NCBI GenBank assembly: GCA_958296135.2
Contig: CATQHZ020000001.1
Span: forward strand, 896,001 to 960,000
Origin: an uncultured Poribacteria bacterium
GTDB lineage: Bacteria > Poribacteria > WGA-4E > WGA-3G
DNA length: 64,000 nt
Direction of reading: 5' to 3'
Positions 1 to 9,655 of the stretch are shown piece after piece (the first letter of the stretch is position 1; every line of letters begins with the position of its first letter). The notes beneath the pieces were generated by a model that was not told the origin of the DNA, did not search any database, and saw only the letters and a program-made list of their open reading frames with translations. A program made the position numbers and the translations under genes.

Positions 1-1881
1 GAGATGTGGCACCGTTGGGAGCGCGGCGAGGCGTATACGAACACAGGCATCACGCTTATTCGGAAATCGGCGTTGTTGGAACGCATCCATCGGTTGCAAC
101 CCCACAGAAACCGGCGGGATGAACTGCACCACGTAGATGTGGTGCGGCTCTGTTATGAAGATGGGCTCAAAACGAACGCCTTTATCTATCGCGGCGCGGT
201 ATTGTCGGGTATCAACCGTTGGACAAACGTGTTAACGGGTGAAGCGACATTGTTTGAGCAGCACCGGGAGATGCTGGCACAGAGAGGTGTCCGCGTTGAC
301 CCGGGCGCGCGGATTACGTTGGAGAGCGAAGACGTTAACATCGGCGCGGGGTGTTATCTGCTCGGCAGGATTCATATCGGTAAAAACGTTCGGATTGGCA
401 GTTACTGTCGGCTTGAGAACGTCACACTCCTCGGCGCGACGAGTGTCGGCGATGCGGTGGGGTTAGAAGATGTCTTCGCGCAGGAGACGACATTTGCGGG
501 GAATCCCTTACCTGAGCCGTTAAACGACAACTTTGTAGCGCGCCGTTTGCGAGTGCATCGTGCGAACCCCCATGTGACGCTATCGGCACCTCTTCGTGGG
601 CTCGCCACGCAGAGCACCATTAAACATTGCACGTTCGATGCGGTAACGGTGGGGAGCGGCGTGAACCTATCTGCAATTCAAGCGTATGCAACGGTGATTC
701 CGTCCGACATCAATTTGGCAGCTCGGACGTTAGGTGTTCCGCTTCGGCAATCGCCATCGGGTGTACCGGGGGCGGTTTTCAAGCGAATTATTCCATTGGA
801 TTACCGCCCCGGTGTCTTCACTTTGGGCGAGAAGCGACATCTACCGGATTGGGAAGCCCTGCGGCAGCACGTTCAATCACACTGCGATGCGGAACTCATT
901 CCGCGCGCGACGCGCAATCAGCAGCTGCAGGCGGTAAGCAGTGAAGCTGTGAGAACCCTGCTGGAGATGCAACGAACCGATGGCAGTTATCTGATTGACG
1001 AGCTGACACCCGAAGAGTTGTGGGGCAGCATCTTTGAGATGGTGACGCTCCACACCGGCAATCCGAATCCGTATCATGCCGATAAACTGAAGGCGCGACA
1101 GACTGCGATAGCGTTGCTCAACGAAACGCCTCGGACGTACTACGGCATTTGGCCGCACGATTGGTTAGCGCGATTAAAATTAGTCGTCGCCGGAAATATC
1201 ATTGATTACAGCAGCGCGCGGGTTGTTGCCAAGTTGAAAGAGAATAGCAACTACTTCTCCGAGGCACTACAGGCGGCGGTTGAAACGCCCTTTGCGATTG
1301 ATTGCTTCGCGCAATTCAACGAGAAGGTTATTGAAGGCGAACCGATGCAAATCCTCTGGCTCGCGGATAACGATGGCGAGGCTGTCTTTGATATCGCCTT
1401 CATTCAGGACTTGGTGGAGCTGGGGCATCGTGTCTGTGTTGTCGGCAAGGCGGATAACGCTAGCAATGATGCGACGGTGGATGATTTGCGCGAGATAGTT
1501 AATTATACACAGTGGCGGGACCCCCGTGGGGAAGATAGTTATCCACAGTTCCGCAATCTTCAGTTGGCAATCAGAGATGGGGTTGTCACCTTCATCTCTT
1601 CCGGTTCCATAACTATCGGCACGAACCTTTACCAGGCCACGCCGACGTTTGCCAACGCTGTCCTGGCGGCAGACTTGGTTATTTCAAAGGGACAAGGCAA
1701 TTTCTTTACGACTTTCGGCTGGGCGCAGGATACCTTTTACCTCTTGTTGTCCAAAGGCGTGACTGCCGAGCAAAGCACCGGCGTTGTCGCGGATAAAACG
1801 CTGCCGGTTGATGGGCTCATTTTGGCGTATGTGCCGGGTGGCACAAAATCGGACGCAACGCTACGTGACATCTGTGGATAG
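1..1881 (+). CDS. 5'-partial fusion: GlmU-like nucleotidyltransferase/left-handed beta-helix region plus C-terminal DUF89/ARMT1-like damage-control phosphatase
   Basis: Frame is open at the window edge. The N-terminal part has GlmU-like GIN..R and hexapeptide repeats (VNIGAGCYLLGRIHIGKNVRIGSYCRLENV). The C-terminal part has DUF89 motifs NPY..K, AGNIIDY, LADNDGE..FD, NDAT, ISKGQGNF. Confidence 0.7.
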   Translation, partial: EMWHRWERGEAYTNTGITLIRKSALLERIHRLQPHRNRRDELHHVDVVRLCYEDGLKTNAFIYRGAVLSGINRWTNVLTGEATLFEQHREMLAQRGVRVDPGARITLESEDVNIGAGCYLLGRIHIGKNVRIGSYCRLENVTLLGATSVGDAVGLEDVFAQETTFAGNPLPEPLNDNFVARRLRVHRANPHVTLSAPLRGLATQSTIKHCTFDAVTVGSGVNLSAIQAYATVIPSDINLAARTLGVPLRQSPSGVPGAVFKRIIPLDYRPGVFTLGEKRHLPDWEALRQHVQSHCDAELIPRATRNQQLQAVSSEAVRTLLEMQRTDGSYLIDELTPEELWGSIFEMVTLHTGNPNPYHADKLKARQTAIALLNETPRTYYGIWPHDWLARLKLVVAGNIIDYSSARVVAKLKENSNYFSEALQAAVETPFAIDCFAQFNEKVIEGEPMQILWLADNDGEAVFDIAFIQDLVELGHRVCVVGKADNASNDATVDDLREIVNYTQWRDPRGEDSYPQFRNLQLAIRDGVVTFISSGSITIGTNLYQATPTFANAVLAADLVISKGQGNFFTTFGWAQDTFYLLLSKGVTAEQSTGVVADKTLPVDGLILAYVPGGTKSDATLRDICG

Positions 1882-3213
1882 GCGCGAAATCGTAAATTCG
1901 CGTTTGCCGGAGGCGGGGAGGGGGATGTCCGCCACAAATTCGACGTTCACGGTAACTTCTGTCCCGAGTGCCTCCCGAATTCTCTGGACGATGTGCTGGC
2001 GCGTCGCCTCTTGCCACTGCGCGTTAATTACCAATTTCAGGGTGCATCTCTCCAACGTCTCCTGAATCAGTTGGAATTGACTCACGCCCGTGAGGTGGTA
2101 GAATTGCTGTGTGAAGTAGCCGCCGTGTATTAACGCGCCGCTTTTCGTGCGGAAGGTGGCGGTGCTGCGGCCGAGCAGTTCCGCCAAAATCGGCAGTTGA
2201 TTGCCGCATGGACAGACTTCATCGGATAGGCGGCCGATATCGCCGATGCGATAACGGATAAACGGCATCGCGTAGTTGTTCAGTTGCGTAATCAGTATCT
2301 CTCCCGGTTCTGTCCACGGGTTGGGACTATCCACCTCAACGCAGAGCTCTCGGCAGTTGAGGTGCATCTGTCCTTCGGCGCATTCCATTGCGATTAGGCC
2401 GACTTCTCTGCTGCCATATCGGTTGTAAACTTTCGTGTGGAAGAGCGATTCGGCGAGGGCGCGGTAATGCGGATGCAGCATCTCCGCCGAGGCAATGATA
2501 CCCTTTAACCTTGTAGGCGATTCCTGCCGGGCTTGATACTGTTCTGACTCTTCATGCGAGCGCGCTAGAACCTTGGCAAACTGATAAAGCGCCGAGGGAT
2601 AGGCGAGAATCGTGTGTGGTTGCCACCGGTGCATTTTCTCATAAGTTTCGCGCATCGCCGATTCGGTGAGATGGAAGCCGTTGAGCCACTGCTGATTCCG
2701 CCAAAAGGCGTTTAAGCGGTGTTTCCAATTTGAATTTTCAAGGGTGCCCCAAAGAATCAATTGCGGTTCGCCGAAGTCCCAACCTGCCCACCGGTCGAAG
2801 TAGTAGACGCTGAGGTTTCGCTGATTCCAATAGTCTCTATCCTGATAGAACGTCAGCGGCGTTCCGGTTGAGCCGCCGGTGGCATTTTTGATGCGCTCGT
2901 TTGGAGAAAATGCCTCGGAACAGAGGCGTTCGCGCTGCTCTCGAATAGTCTTTTTTTCGAGCGGCGGGATATCGGCCAACGCGCCAGATGCTGCCTTGAG
3001 CAGTTCGCGATAGAACGGCGTTGTTTCGCGTGCGTGCCGAAGCAGTTTTGCCAAACGTTCCGCCTGATAAGCGAGAATGGTTTCGCGCGGCGCGTCCAGC
3101 AGTGCAGTCGTCTGCCGCAGCTGCTGTCGGAAATGAACCCCTTTTCGGTAGGTGTTGTAGGCGCGCCATGCGGCTTTTGAGAATAACGTTTTGGCGGAAC
3201 GGCGAATTGGCAT
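1861..3213 (-). CDS. Phenylacetate-CoA ligase (PaaK/CapK) family protein
   Basis: Motifs TGGSTGTP, YGSREVG, MPFIRYRIGD, SGKR. Start taken at ATG 3213 because the longer ORF overlaps the divergent gene and promoter. Confidence 0.85.
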   Translation of the reverse strand: MPIRRSAKTLFSKAAWRAYNTYRKGVHFRQQLRQTTALLDAPRETILAYQAERLAKLLRHARETTPFYRELLKAASGALADIPPLEKKTIREQRERLCSEAFSPNERIKNATGGSTGTPLTFYQDRDYWNQRNLSVYYFDRWAGWDFGEPQLILWGTLENSNWKHRLNAFWRNQQWLNGFHLTESAMRETYEKMHRWQPHTILAYPSALYQFAKVLARSHEESEQYQARQESPTRLKGIIASAEMLHPHYRALAESLFHTKVYNRYGSREVGLIAMECAEGQMHLNCRELCVEVDSPNPWTEPGEILITQLNNYAMPFIRYRIGDIGRLSDEVCPCGNQLPILAELLGRSTATFRTKSGALIHGGYFTQQFYHLTGVSQFQLIQETLERCTLKLVINAQWQEATRQHIVQRIREALGTEVTVNVEFVADIPLPASGKREFTISRLSTDVT

Positions 3214-3261
3214 GATTCTGTGAGCACCTCGGCACTGCGTTTCGGATGACAAAGATTCGGG

Positions 3262-3290
3262 TTGACATGCAATTGCGGATATGTTATCAT
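3262..3290 (+). promoter_or_regulatory. sigma70-type promoter
   Basis: TTGACA-17 bp-TATCAT upstream of the ORF at 3334. Confidence 0.6.
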
Positions 3291-3333
3291 TTTTATTGTT
3301 GCATAGCAAATTCGCATGATGGAGGAGACTCAA

Positions 3334-3954
3334 ATGGCGTTTACAGATTTCAAATCGATTGCGCAAGTGCAGGAGCCCTTCAACATTACATACGTCGAAG
3401 CGGACTACATTCAATACGACGACATTGAACCCTCCTCGGCGTTTTTGGAGGAGTTTGCGTTTAGTCGACGACATATTGACGTGTTTGCATCAGAAGAGGC
3501 GCGGTGTGAAAATCTTATCTATCCTATTCTCCGAGATGTCTACAAAAATTACGTTGAACATCTCTCGCTCTGGAGCCATCGGGCCATCTCTTGCGATTCG
3601 CTCCTGACTGGCACGCCTGACTACATCGTCTCAACGAAATCGCCGTTGGGAAAGACAGTGTTTGGCACCCCCATTATCATCGTCGTTGAAGCGAAACGGA
3701 ACGACTTCATCGAAGGATGGGGGCAGTGCTTAGTGGAACTCATCGCCGTTCAGAAAATCAACGGAGACGGTGTTCAACCCGTTTATGGGATTGTCACTGA
3801 TGGCGAGTTTTGGCAATTCGGGAAGTTAACGGGAGAGCTGTTTACGCGGAACGAGACAGTGCTCGCGATAAGCGAACTGAACCGCGTTTTCGGCGCGATT
3901 GGATACTTAATGCGGGCTAATGGGGCCCCTGCAAAACATGCAAAAATGGTATGA
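3334..3954 (+). CDS. PD-(D/E)XK nuclease-fold protein (HsdR N-terminal-like family)
   Basis: SEEAR..LIYPIL, GTPDY, VVEAK, GWGQC, YGIVTDG..WQF; GGAG RBS. Confidence 0.7.
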   Translation: MAFTDFKSIAQVQEPFNITYVEADYIQYDDIEPSSAFLEEFAFSRRHIDVFASEEARCENLIYPILRDVYKNYVEHLSLWSHRAISCDSLLTGTPDYIVSTKSPLGKTVFGTPIIIVVEAKRNDFIEGWGQCLVELIAVQKINGDGVQPVYGIVTDGEFWQFGKLTGELFTRNETVLAISELNRVFGAIGYLMRANGAPAKHAKMV

Positions 3955-4153
3955 GAACCGAATCTTTCTAAATACCGCCATCGTCTTGATGGCTGCCGGG
4001 TTTATCGCCTATTTCTTCCTGCGGTGGCCCTGGGGATTGCCGCTCTTTTTGGCACTTGGCACAGCGATTATGATACGCGGCATCGTCAGAATTACGACGC
4101 GGATGCGCGCCAAGAGAGGGCGGCGAGATTCACCAAACAAGGACGAGTCATGA
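3938..4153 (+). CDS. Small two-helix membrane protein
   Basis: Two hydrophobic segments and a basic tail; overlaps both neighbouring genes as in an operon. Confidence 0.55.
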   Translation: MQKWYENRIFLNTAIVLMAAGFIAYFFLRWPWGLPLFLALGTAIMIRGIVRITTRMRAKRGRRDSPNKDES

Positions 4154-5142
4154 AACGAAGAACGTTTATCAAACTCAGCGCGATTGGCGCAGCGGGCATG
4201 GTGCTACCGCTGCAGTTGGAGGCACAAGCCGCGGAAACGTCGCTCCTCCGGCCCAGCACGCTGATAACGCCTAATGCCGATTTCTATATTCTCCAAATTG
4301 GGGAACCTGTCGAGATGCGCGCGGCGCACTGGCGGTTAGCCGTCACCGGGCTGGTGGACAGACCTGGGATGCCCTTGCGGCTTGAGGAAATCACGGCGAT
4401 GGATGCCGTCACGACGATGCGAACGCTGAAGTGCATCGGCGACCCGATTGGCACGGAGCAGATGAGCAACGCGACGTGGAGAGGTGTCCGCTTGCGCGAT
4501 GTCCTTCAGAAATTTGGCGTGACATCCGAGGCGAAGGTGGTTGTCTTCCGATGTGCCGATGGGTATCACACCGCTATTCCTCTTGCTGATGCAATGCGTG
4601 AGGAGACGCTCCTCGCCTATCAAATGAACGGCGAGCCGCTGCCTACAGCGCACGGTTTCCCGATTCGGTTGCTCAACCCCGGTCACTACGGCACGAAAAA
4701 CCCGAAATGGATAGTCAATATCCAGTTGGCGGCGCACCATGAGAGTTATTGGGAGAAACGAGGGTGGGACCCGATTGCTTCTGTCACGTTGGCGACTGCC
4801 ATCGGCACGCCGAGCGAGGGCGCGAAGATTAAAGCGGGAGCTCCGTATACGGTAAGCGGCGCGGCGTTTGATGCCGGCAACCACGGCGGTATCAAATCGG
4901 TAGAAGTCAGCGTGGATTATGGGCAAACGTGGCAAGAAGCCGAGATTTGGGCGAAAGATACGCCCCTTGCCTGGGTGCTCTGGAAATGGGACTGGCAGGT
5001 GCCGGAGAAAGCGGAGCCTGTCGAAATCTATGCGAGAGCCACCGCCAATAACGGCCTGACGCAAGACGAAATCGGGATTGAAGCGGAGCCGGTGGGCGCG
5101 ACAGGTTATCATACGGTTGACGCAGAGATTGTCGCCTCATAA
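4150..5142 (+). CDS. Tat-exported molybdopterin-dependent oxidoreductase (sulfite oxidase family)
   Basis: MKRRTFIK twin-arginine signal; catalytic Cys in TLKCIG; HGFPIRL..PG.YG.K.PKW; C-terminal Mo-co dimer domain (VEVSVD.G.TW). Confidence 0.85.
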   Translation: MKRRTFIKLSAIGAAGMVLPLQLEAQAAETSLLRPSTLITPNADFYILQIGEPVEMRAAHWRLAVTGLVDRPGMPLRLEEITAMDAVTTMRTLKCIGDPIGTEQMSNATWRGVRLRDVLQKFGVTSEAKVVVFRCADGYHTAIPLADAMREETLLAYQMNGEPLPTAHGFPIRLLNPGHYGTKNPKWIVNIQLAAHHESYWEKRGWDPIASVTLATAIGTPSEGAKIKAGAPYTVSGAAFDAGNHGGIKSVEVSVDYGQTWQEAEIWAKDTPLAWVLWKWDWQVPEKAEPVEIYARATANNGLTQDEIGIEAEPVGATGYHTVDAEIVAS

Positions 5143-5190
5143 GCGTTTCTAACGGACAAAACGTCTCCGACGAGACTGACAGAAGAAAGA

Positions 5191-6363
5191 ATGCGCCTAA
5201 AACCGAGCCAGCTGCTCACCGCCTATCTACCAGCCTTACTGATGGATTTTGCGCTTAGCAGCCTCCTGACAAACACCTCCTTTTACACCAGTTATCTGCG
5301 CCTCTCAAACGTATTCCTCGGTGGGCTGATGACGGTAACCACCGCTTTCTTTGCGACACTCGCCATCCCGTTTGGCAGACTCTCCGACCGGGGGGAGCGA
5401 CGCTGGGTGCTTTACGCCGCGTGCCTCCTCATCGGTGCTGTCAGCATCGGGCTACCGTTTTGCCGTAACCGTCTGCATCTCCTGCTCATCTTTCCGGGTG
5501 TCGGGGTAGGGATGGCACTCTTTTGGCCGGCTTATGAAGCTTGGCTCGCTGAGCGGGAAGGCGAAGGCGAACTGATTCACCGGGTGATGCTTTTCAATCT
5601 CTTTTGGAGTATCGGGATAACCCTCGGCCCGGCAGCCGCCGGCTACCTCTATCGTGATGCGAACCCGTTTACGCCGTTTTATCTTGCCGGTATCTTCAGT
5701 GTGCTGACGTTCTGGACAATCTTTTCAAATAAACCCAATCCGGCGCGCCGCGCGGTTGAATCTGAGGCGGAGATGGCAGAGCCAGTATTTCCGCCACCCG
5801 CAGTGCGGACTACCTATCTCTACATTGCGCGGTGTGCGAATTTCGCGTCGTGGTTCGCGCTGGGAGTCCTGCGTCGGATTGCACCGAAACTTATCTTGGA
5901 GATGGGCATCGCCGCCACAGTTTTCGGCAATTTAATGCTCATCCTTGGCGGCGTGCAAACCTTAACATTCCTCGGGCTCGGGGGCGGGTATTCAACCCGG
6001 TGGCACTATCGGTTGGCACCGCTCCTCATTGTCCAAGCGTTGGCGATTATCAGTTTCATCGGAATCTGGCAGGTTCAGCATGCAACTTTATGGGCGTTTG
6101 CCTTTGCGATTATCGGCGTGTCTGTCGCCTTCACCTATTTCAGTAGCCTCTACTACGGGTTGGACCGGCAGGCGGACAAGGGCAACAAGAGCGGCTGGCA
6201 CGAGGCGATTTTAGGCGGTGGCATTCTCCTCGGTCCTTTTTTAGGCGGCATCGCCGCTGATTCGCAATTTGGCGTTCAAAGTCCTTATCTGCTTTGCGCC
6301 ATTGCAATTGCAATCGCTAGTGTCATAGAAATTTTCATTTACAGAAGATGCTCCCGGATGTAA
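5191..6363 (+). CDS. MFS transporter
   Basis: About 12 hydrophobic helices; motif A G.LSDR.ERR. Confidence 0.85.
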   Translation: MRLKPSQLLTAYLPALLMDFALSSLLTNTSFYTSYLRLSNVFLGGLMTVTTAFFATLAIPFGRLSDRGERRWVLYAACLLIGAVSIGLPFCRNRLHLLLIFPGVGVGMALFWPAYEAWLAEREGEGELIHRVMLFNLFWSIGITLGPAAAGYLYRDANPFTPFYLAGIFSVLTFWTIFSNKPNPARRAVESEAEMAEPVFPPPAVRTTYLYIARCANFASWFALGVLRRIAPKLILEMGIAATVFGNLMLILGGVQTLTFLGLGGGYSTRWHYRLAPLLIVQALAIISFIGIWQVQHATLWAFAFAIIGVSVAFTYFSSLYYGLDRQADKGNKSGWHEAILGGGILLGPFLGGIAADSQFGVQSPYLLCAIAIAIASVIEIFIYRRCSRM

Positions 6364-7454
6364 GCCTCATCGGGCGTAACGCCGAGGCCCGGGCCATCCG
6401 GCACTGTCACGACATTGTCCCGAATGTCTACGCCGCTGACTGCCAGTGTGTCTAAAAACGCGGGCGCGTTCAACTCCGCGGGCAAAGCCAGATTCAAGGT
6501 AGCGAACAGATGCACAGACGCGATGAAGCCTACCCCGGCTTCTGTCAACCCACTGCCGAGTATCTCGAGCGCATTCGCCTCGGCGACAGGGACGCTTTTC
6601 AGACATTCGGCCAAACCTCCGGATTTACACACCTTCAAAACAACGGCATCGGCGCATTCAAGTTGCGCAATCTTTGCCAAATCGAACGAGGTAAAACAGC
6701 CTTCGTCAATTGCGATGGGAATGGCGGCGTTATCCCGCACGCGCTTCATGCCGAACCAGTCTTGACTTGCCACCGGTTGCTCCATGCAGTAGATTTCACG
6801 AAGACCGGCGACTCGCTTGAGGAGTTCAATAGCTCTGGAGGGGGCATACGACTGATTCGCGTCAATCCAGAGCGTTGCATTCGGCATTGCCTCGTGCACG
6901 GCGCGCAACCGTTCTTCATCCGCGCCCGGTTCTCCCGCGACTTTCACTTTGAAGCAGCTGCAGGGAGATAACGCTTTCGCCTTCGCTCCCATTATTTCCG
7001 GCGTGTCAATGCTCAGTGCATAAGAGAGCGGCAGCGTATCGTGGCGTTTCCCGCCGAAAAGGGTGTGCAGCGGCACGCCTAGGATGCGTGCACCCAGGTC
7101 ATGCAATGCGATGTCAACGGCGGCTTTGGCGAACGGGTGTCCGTTGCTCACCGCCGGTTTCAATGCGTGATACATCGCATCGTGGATTTTGTTGAGGTGC
7201 AAGGGATTTTGTCCGAGGAGAAGCGGTGCGATGTGGAACTGAATCGTTGAGGTAATTGATTCCACCGTTTCATAGCTCCACGAGGGGAGCGCGCGCTGTT
7301 CACCCCAGCCGATGTAACCGTCGTCTGTCGTCAGTTTGACGAAGATATGGTGCCCTGCAGATGCCGCGTCCCCGACAAAGCCGGTGCCGATGGTGAAAAC
7401 ATCTCTCATGCCGATGGCGGTAGGAAAAACGTCTACGTGTGCGATTTTGCTCAT
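6339..7454 (-). CDS. Muconate cycloisomerase / mandelate racemase family enolase
   Basis: KVK motif, DAN, EQP, DE metal ligands, GPGLG. Confidence 0.85.
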   Translation of the reverse strand: MSKIAHVDVFPTAIGMRDVFTIGTGFVGDAASAGHHIFVKLTTDDGYIGWGEQRALPSWSYETVESITSTIQFHIAPLLLGQNPLHLNKIHDAMYHALKPAVSNGHPFAKAAVDIALHDLGARILGVPLHTLFGGKRHDTLPLSYALSIDTPEIMGAKAKALSPCSCFKVKVAGEPGADEERLRAVHEAMPNATLWIDANQSYAPSRAIELLKRVAGLREIYCMEQPVASQDWFGMKRVRDNAAIPIAIDEGCFTSFDLAKIAQLECADAVVLKVCKSGGLAECLKSVPVAEANALEILGSGLTEAGVGFIASVHLFATLNLALPAELNAPAFLDTLAVSGVDIRDNVVTVPDGPGLGVTPDEAYIREHLL

Positions 7455-7586
7455 AATGCTATTCCTGAGAAATTGTGAATCTGTGAGAAAGCATACTACA
7501 ACTCACGGAAATGATCAAACGATTTTTACCCTATCCTTTCGCGCTTGTGCTATAATGCAACAAATCACTCTTCACGGAGGCACCTC

Positions 7587-8768
7587 ATGCTGACTATCAA
7601 ACACCTTGAAGCCATCTCATTGAATGTGCCGTTCTATTGCGAGCGCGTCAGTCGGCACATGCACCGCGCGTTGACGCACGGCGAGCGCGTCTACGTCTAT
7701 CGCGTTGAATTCAGCAACGGCATCGTCGGGTATGGCGAAAACTTAGCGGATGAATCGGATAACATTGAACGCCTCATCGGGCAGAACCCGTTTGCCGTTA
7801 TGAACGACGATAGCATCGGGTTCGGCATTCAGATGTCGCTTTTTGACGCAATCGGGAAAACGGTGGACGTGCCGGTATATCAACTCGTCGGGACGAAGGT
7901 TCGCGAGCAATGCCCCATCTCGTGGTGGGATATCGACATGCCGCCCGAAGATTGGGTAGCGGAGGTAGAAGAATCGGTGAGACGCGGTTACACGTCCGCG
8001 AAACTTAAAGCGCGCCCGTGGCGCGACATCTTCGCGCAGGTAGCGGCAGTCGGCGACGCTGTGCCGGCGGACTATCGGTTAGACATCGATTTTAACGGCT
8101 TCCTCCGCACGGCGGATAACGCCGTCCCCGTTTTACAGCGGCTTGATGAACACCCGAACGTCGCCATTTACGAGAGTCCGTTCTACCTCGGTACGGATGT
8201 CGCTGGTGCGGGGAGGTTACAGGAGAGCATCCAAAAACGGATCGTTGAGCATTTTAACGAAGCCTGCTTGCATGCGCGCTGTTGCGGCGGGTTTGTTGTC
8301 GGCGGCGGTGTCGCTGCGCTGCGCCGGACTAACGCGCTCTGTGCTTCGTTTGAGCAACCGTTCTGGCTTCAGATGGTAGGCACCGGCATTACGACAGCGT
8401 ATGCGGTGCATCTCGGAGCTGTGTTATCGCAAGCAGAATTACCGGCGATTACCTGCCACGAGTTGTGGGAGTCCGATCTTCTCAAAACACGCCTCGCCGT
8501 AGTTGACGGAACAATTCAGGTTTCGGAAGCACCGGGGCTCGGCATTGAGGTAGATGAGGCGGCCTTGGCCGCATATCGCGTAGAGAAAACCGAACCTACC
8601 GCGCAACAGCTCTTCCGCGAAAGCGAGTCTACGTGCAGGGTGCATATCCCGAATGCCGATGGCGGCGAAACGGTTCACGATTTTACAAGCGAGGCTGTCT
8701 ATTATCCGGCGTTTAGTGAGGGTGAGTATCCGGGGTTCGTGCCGGGTGTGTGGATGGAAGTGGTTTGA
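7587..8768 (+). CDS. Mandelate racemase/enolase superfamily protein
   Basis: G.GE, KLK, DFN, ESP, PGLGIEVD; GGAGG RBS. Confidence 0.8.
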   Translation: MLTIKHLEAISLNVPFYCERVSRHMHRALTHGERVYVYRVEFSNGIVGYGENLADESDNIERLIGQNPFAVMNDDSIGFGIQMSLFDAIGKTVDVPVYQLVGTKVREQCPISWWDIDMPPEDWVAEVEESVRRGYTSAKLKARPWRDIFAQVAAVGDAVPADYRLDIDFNGFLRTADNAVPVLQRLDEHPNVAIYESPFYLGTDVAGAGRLQESIQKRIVEHFNEACLHARCCGGFVVGGGVAALRRTNALCASFEQPFWLQMVGTGITTAYAVHLGAVLSQAELPAITCHELWESDLLKTRLAVVDGTIQVSEAPGLGIEVDEAALAAYRVEKTEPTAQQLFRESESTCRVHIPNADGGETVHDFTSEAVYYPAFSEGEYPGFVPGVWMEVV

Positions 8769-9352
8769 ATATCTTTTGCGACAACCGCGCTTGCATACGC
8801 GAGGCAGGCGCGGATGTCCTCAGGCACCAGACTCGGATAATTCTCAAGGAGCTCTGCCTCACTCCAACCGTGCGCCAGCAAGTCGATGATGAATTCAACG
8901 CCTAACCGCGTGCCTCTGATAGAAGGTTTCCCCATCAGGATATTCGGATCGATAACGATTCTTTTTGACAATCGACGTGGGGTTTTCGCGATGTTTTCTG
9001 CCTTTGGTGCGGCAGGTTCATCTCGCACCCGTTGGTGTTCTTCACGAGTTAGTTCTCGGCTTGAACGACATTCGTGTAACTCTTGAAGGCCACGTTCTGT
9101 TATCCGCAAATATCCCCGTTTTGGAAACTCTACAAGCCCTGCCGCTTTCAAATCCAGTCTTGCCCAATTGCAGCGATGATAAAAACGCGACTGTCCACTG
9201 GGCAATCTTTCCGCTAAGTCCACCTCAGTCAGCGAATACTGAGCGGCGAGCGCATCAACTATATCAACAATTCCCCATGCTCTCTTATCGGCGAGAAGTT
9301 GAAGTAAAGGGAATTCCAGGTTTTTGCTTGTCGGCAATGAACTCACAGCCAT
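8702..9352 (-). CDS. Mrr N-terminal winged-helix domain fused to DUF433
   Basis: N-term LPSGQSRFYHRCNWA..DLK.AGLVE.PKRG..RIT.RG (Mrr_N); C-term IVIDPNILMGKPSIRGTRL..ELLENYPSL..EDIRACLAYA (DUF433). Confidence 0.8.
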   Translation of the reverse strand: MAVSSLPTSKNLEFPLLQLLADKRAWGIVDIVDALAAQYSLTEVDLAERLPSGQSRFYHRCNWARLDLKAAGLVEFPKRGYLRITERGLQELHECRSSRELTREEHQRVRDEPAAPKAENIAKTPRRLSKRIVIDPNILMGKPSIRGTRLGVEFIIDLLAHGWSEAELLENYPSLVPEDIRACLAYASAVVAKDIQTTSIHTPGTNPGYSPSLNAG

Positions 9353-9359
9353 TTTCAAG

Positions 9360-9655
9360 TTCTCCTATATTCCGCCGCTGCTTTTCGGTACAGCGACTGT
9401 TTCCAAAGTATGCCCTATATGATACCACACGATTCCGTTTTCGCTGGTAGGAGAGACCTCCTGGTCTCGATACCCCCTGAGCCGTCGAGACGCGGGAAGT
9501 CTCTCCTCCTGGGAAACACCCATCGAGACCGGGCGGTCTCTCCTCCTGACATCGCGCGATATGATGCGGGAATCAGGATTCCCGCACCACACCGGAATTC
9601 GGCGGGCGCGTAACGTCGCGCTGCCCGCATTTCTCGGTTTTGATGTCAAACCGAA
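9360..9655. repeat. Segmental duplication copy A (intergenic, contains GTAG-REP-like units); copy B at about 10876-11269
   Basis: Near-identical blocks, e.g. ttctcctatattccgccgctgcttttcgg and gcgatatgatgcgggaatcaggattcccgcacc...gtaacgtcgcgctgcccgcatttct, at both loci. Confidence 0.9.

Noticed and set aside
1503-1550. DnaA-box-like ttatacaca/ttatccaca pair as an origin
   Set aside because: Only two boxes, inside a CDS, explained by a short local duplication; no AT-rich unwinding element or dnaA nearby.
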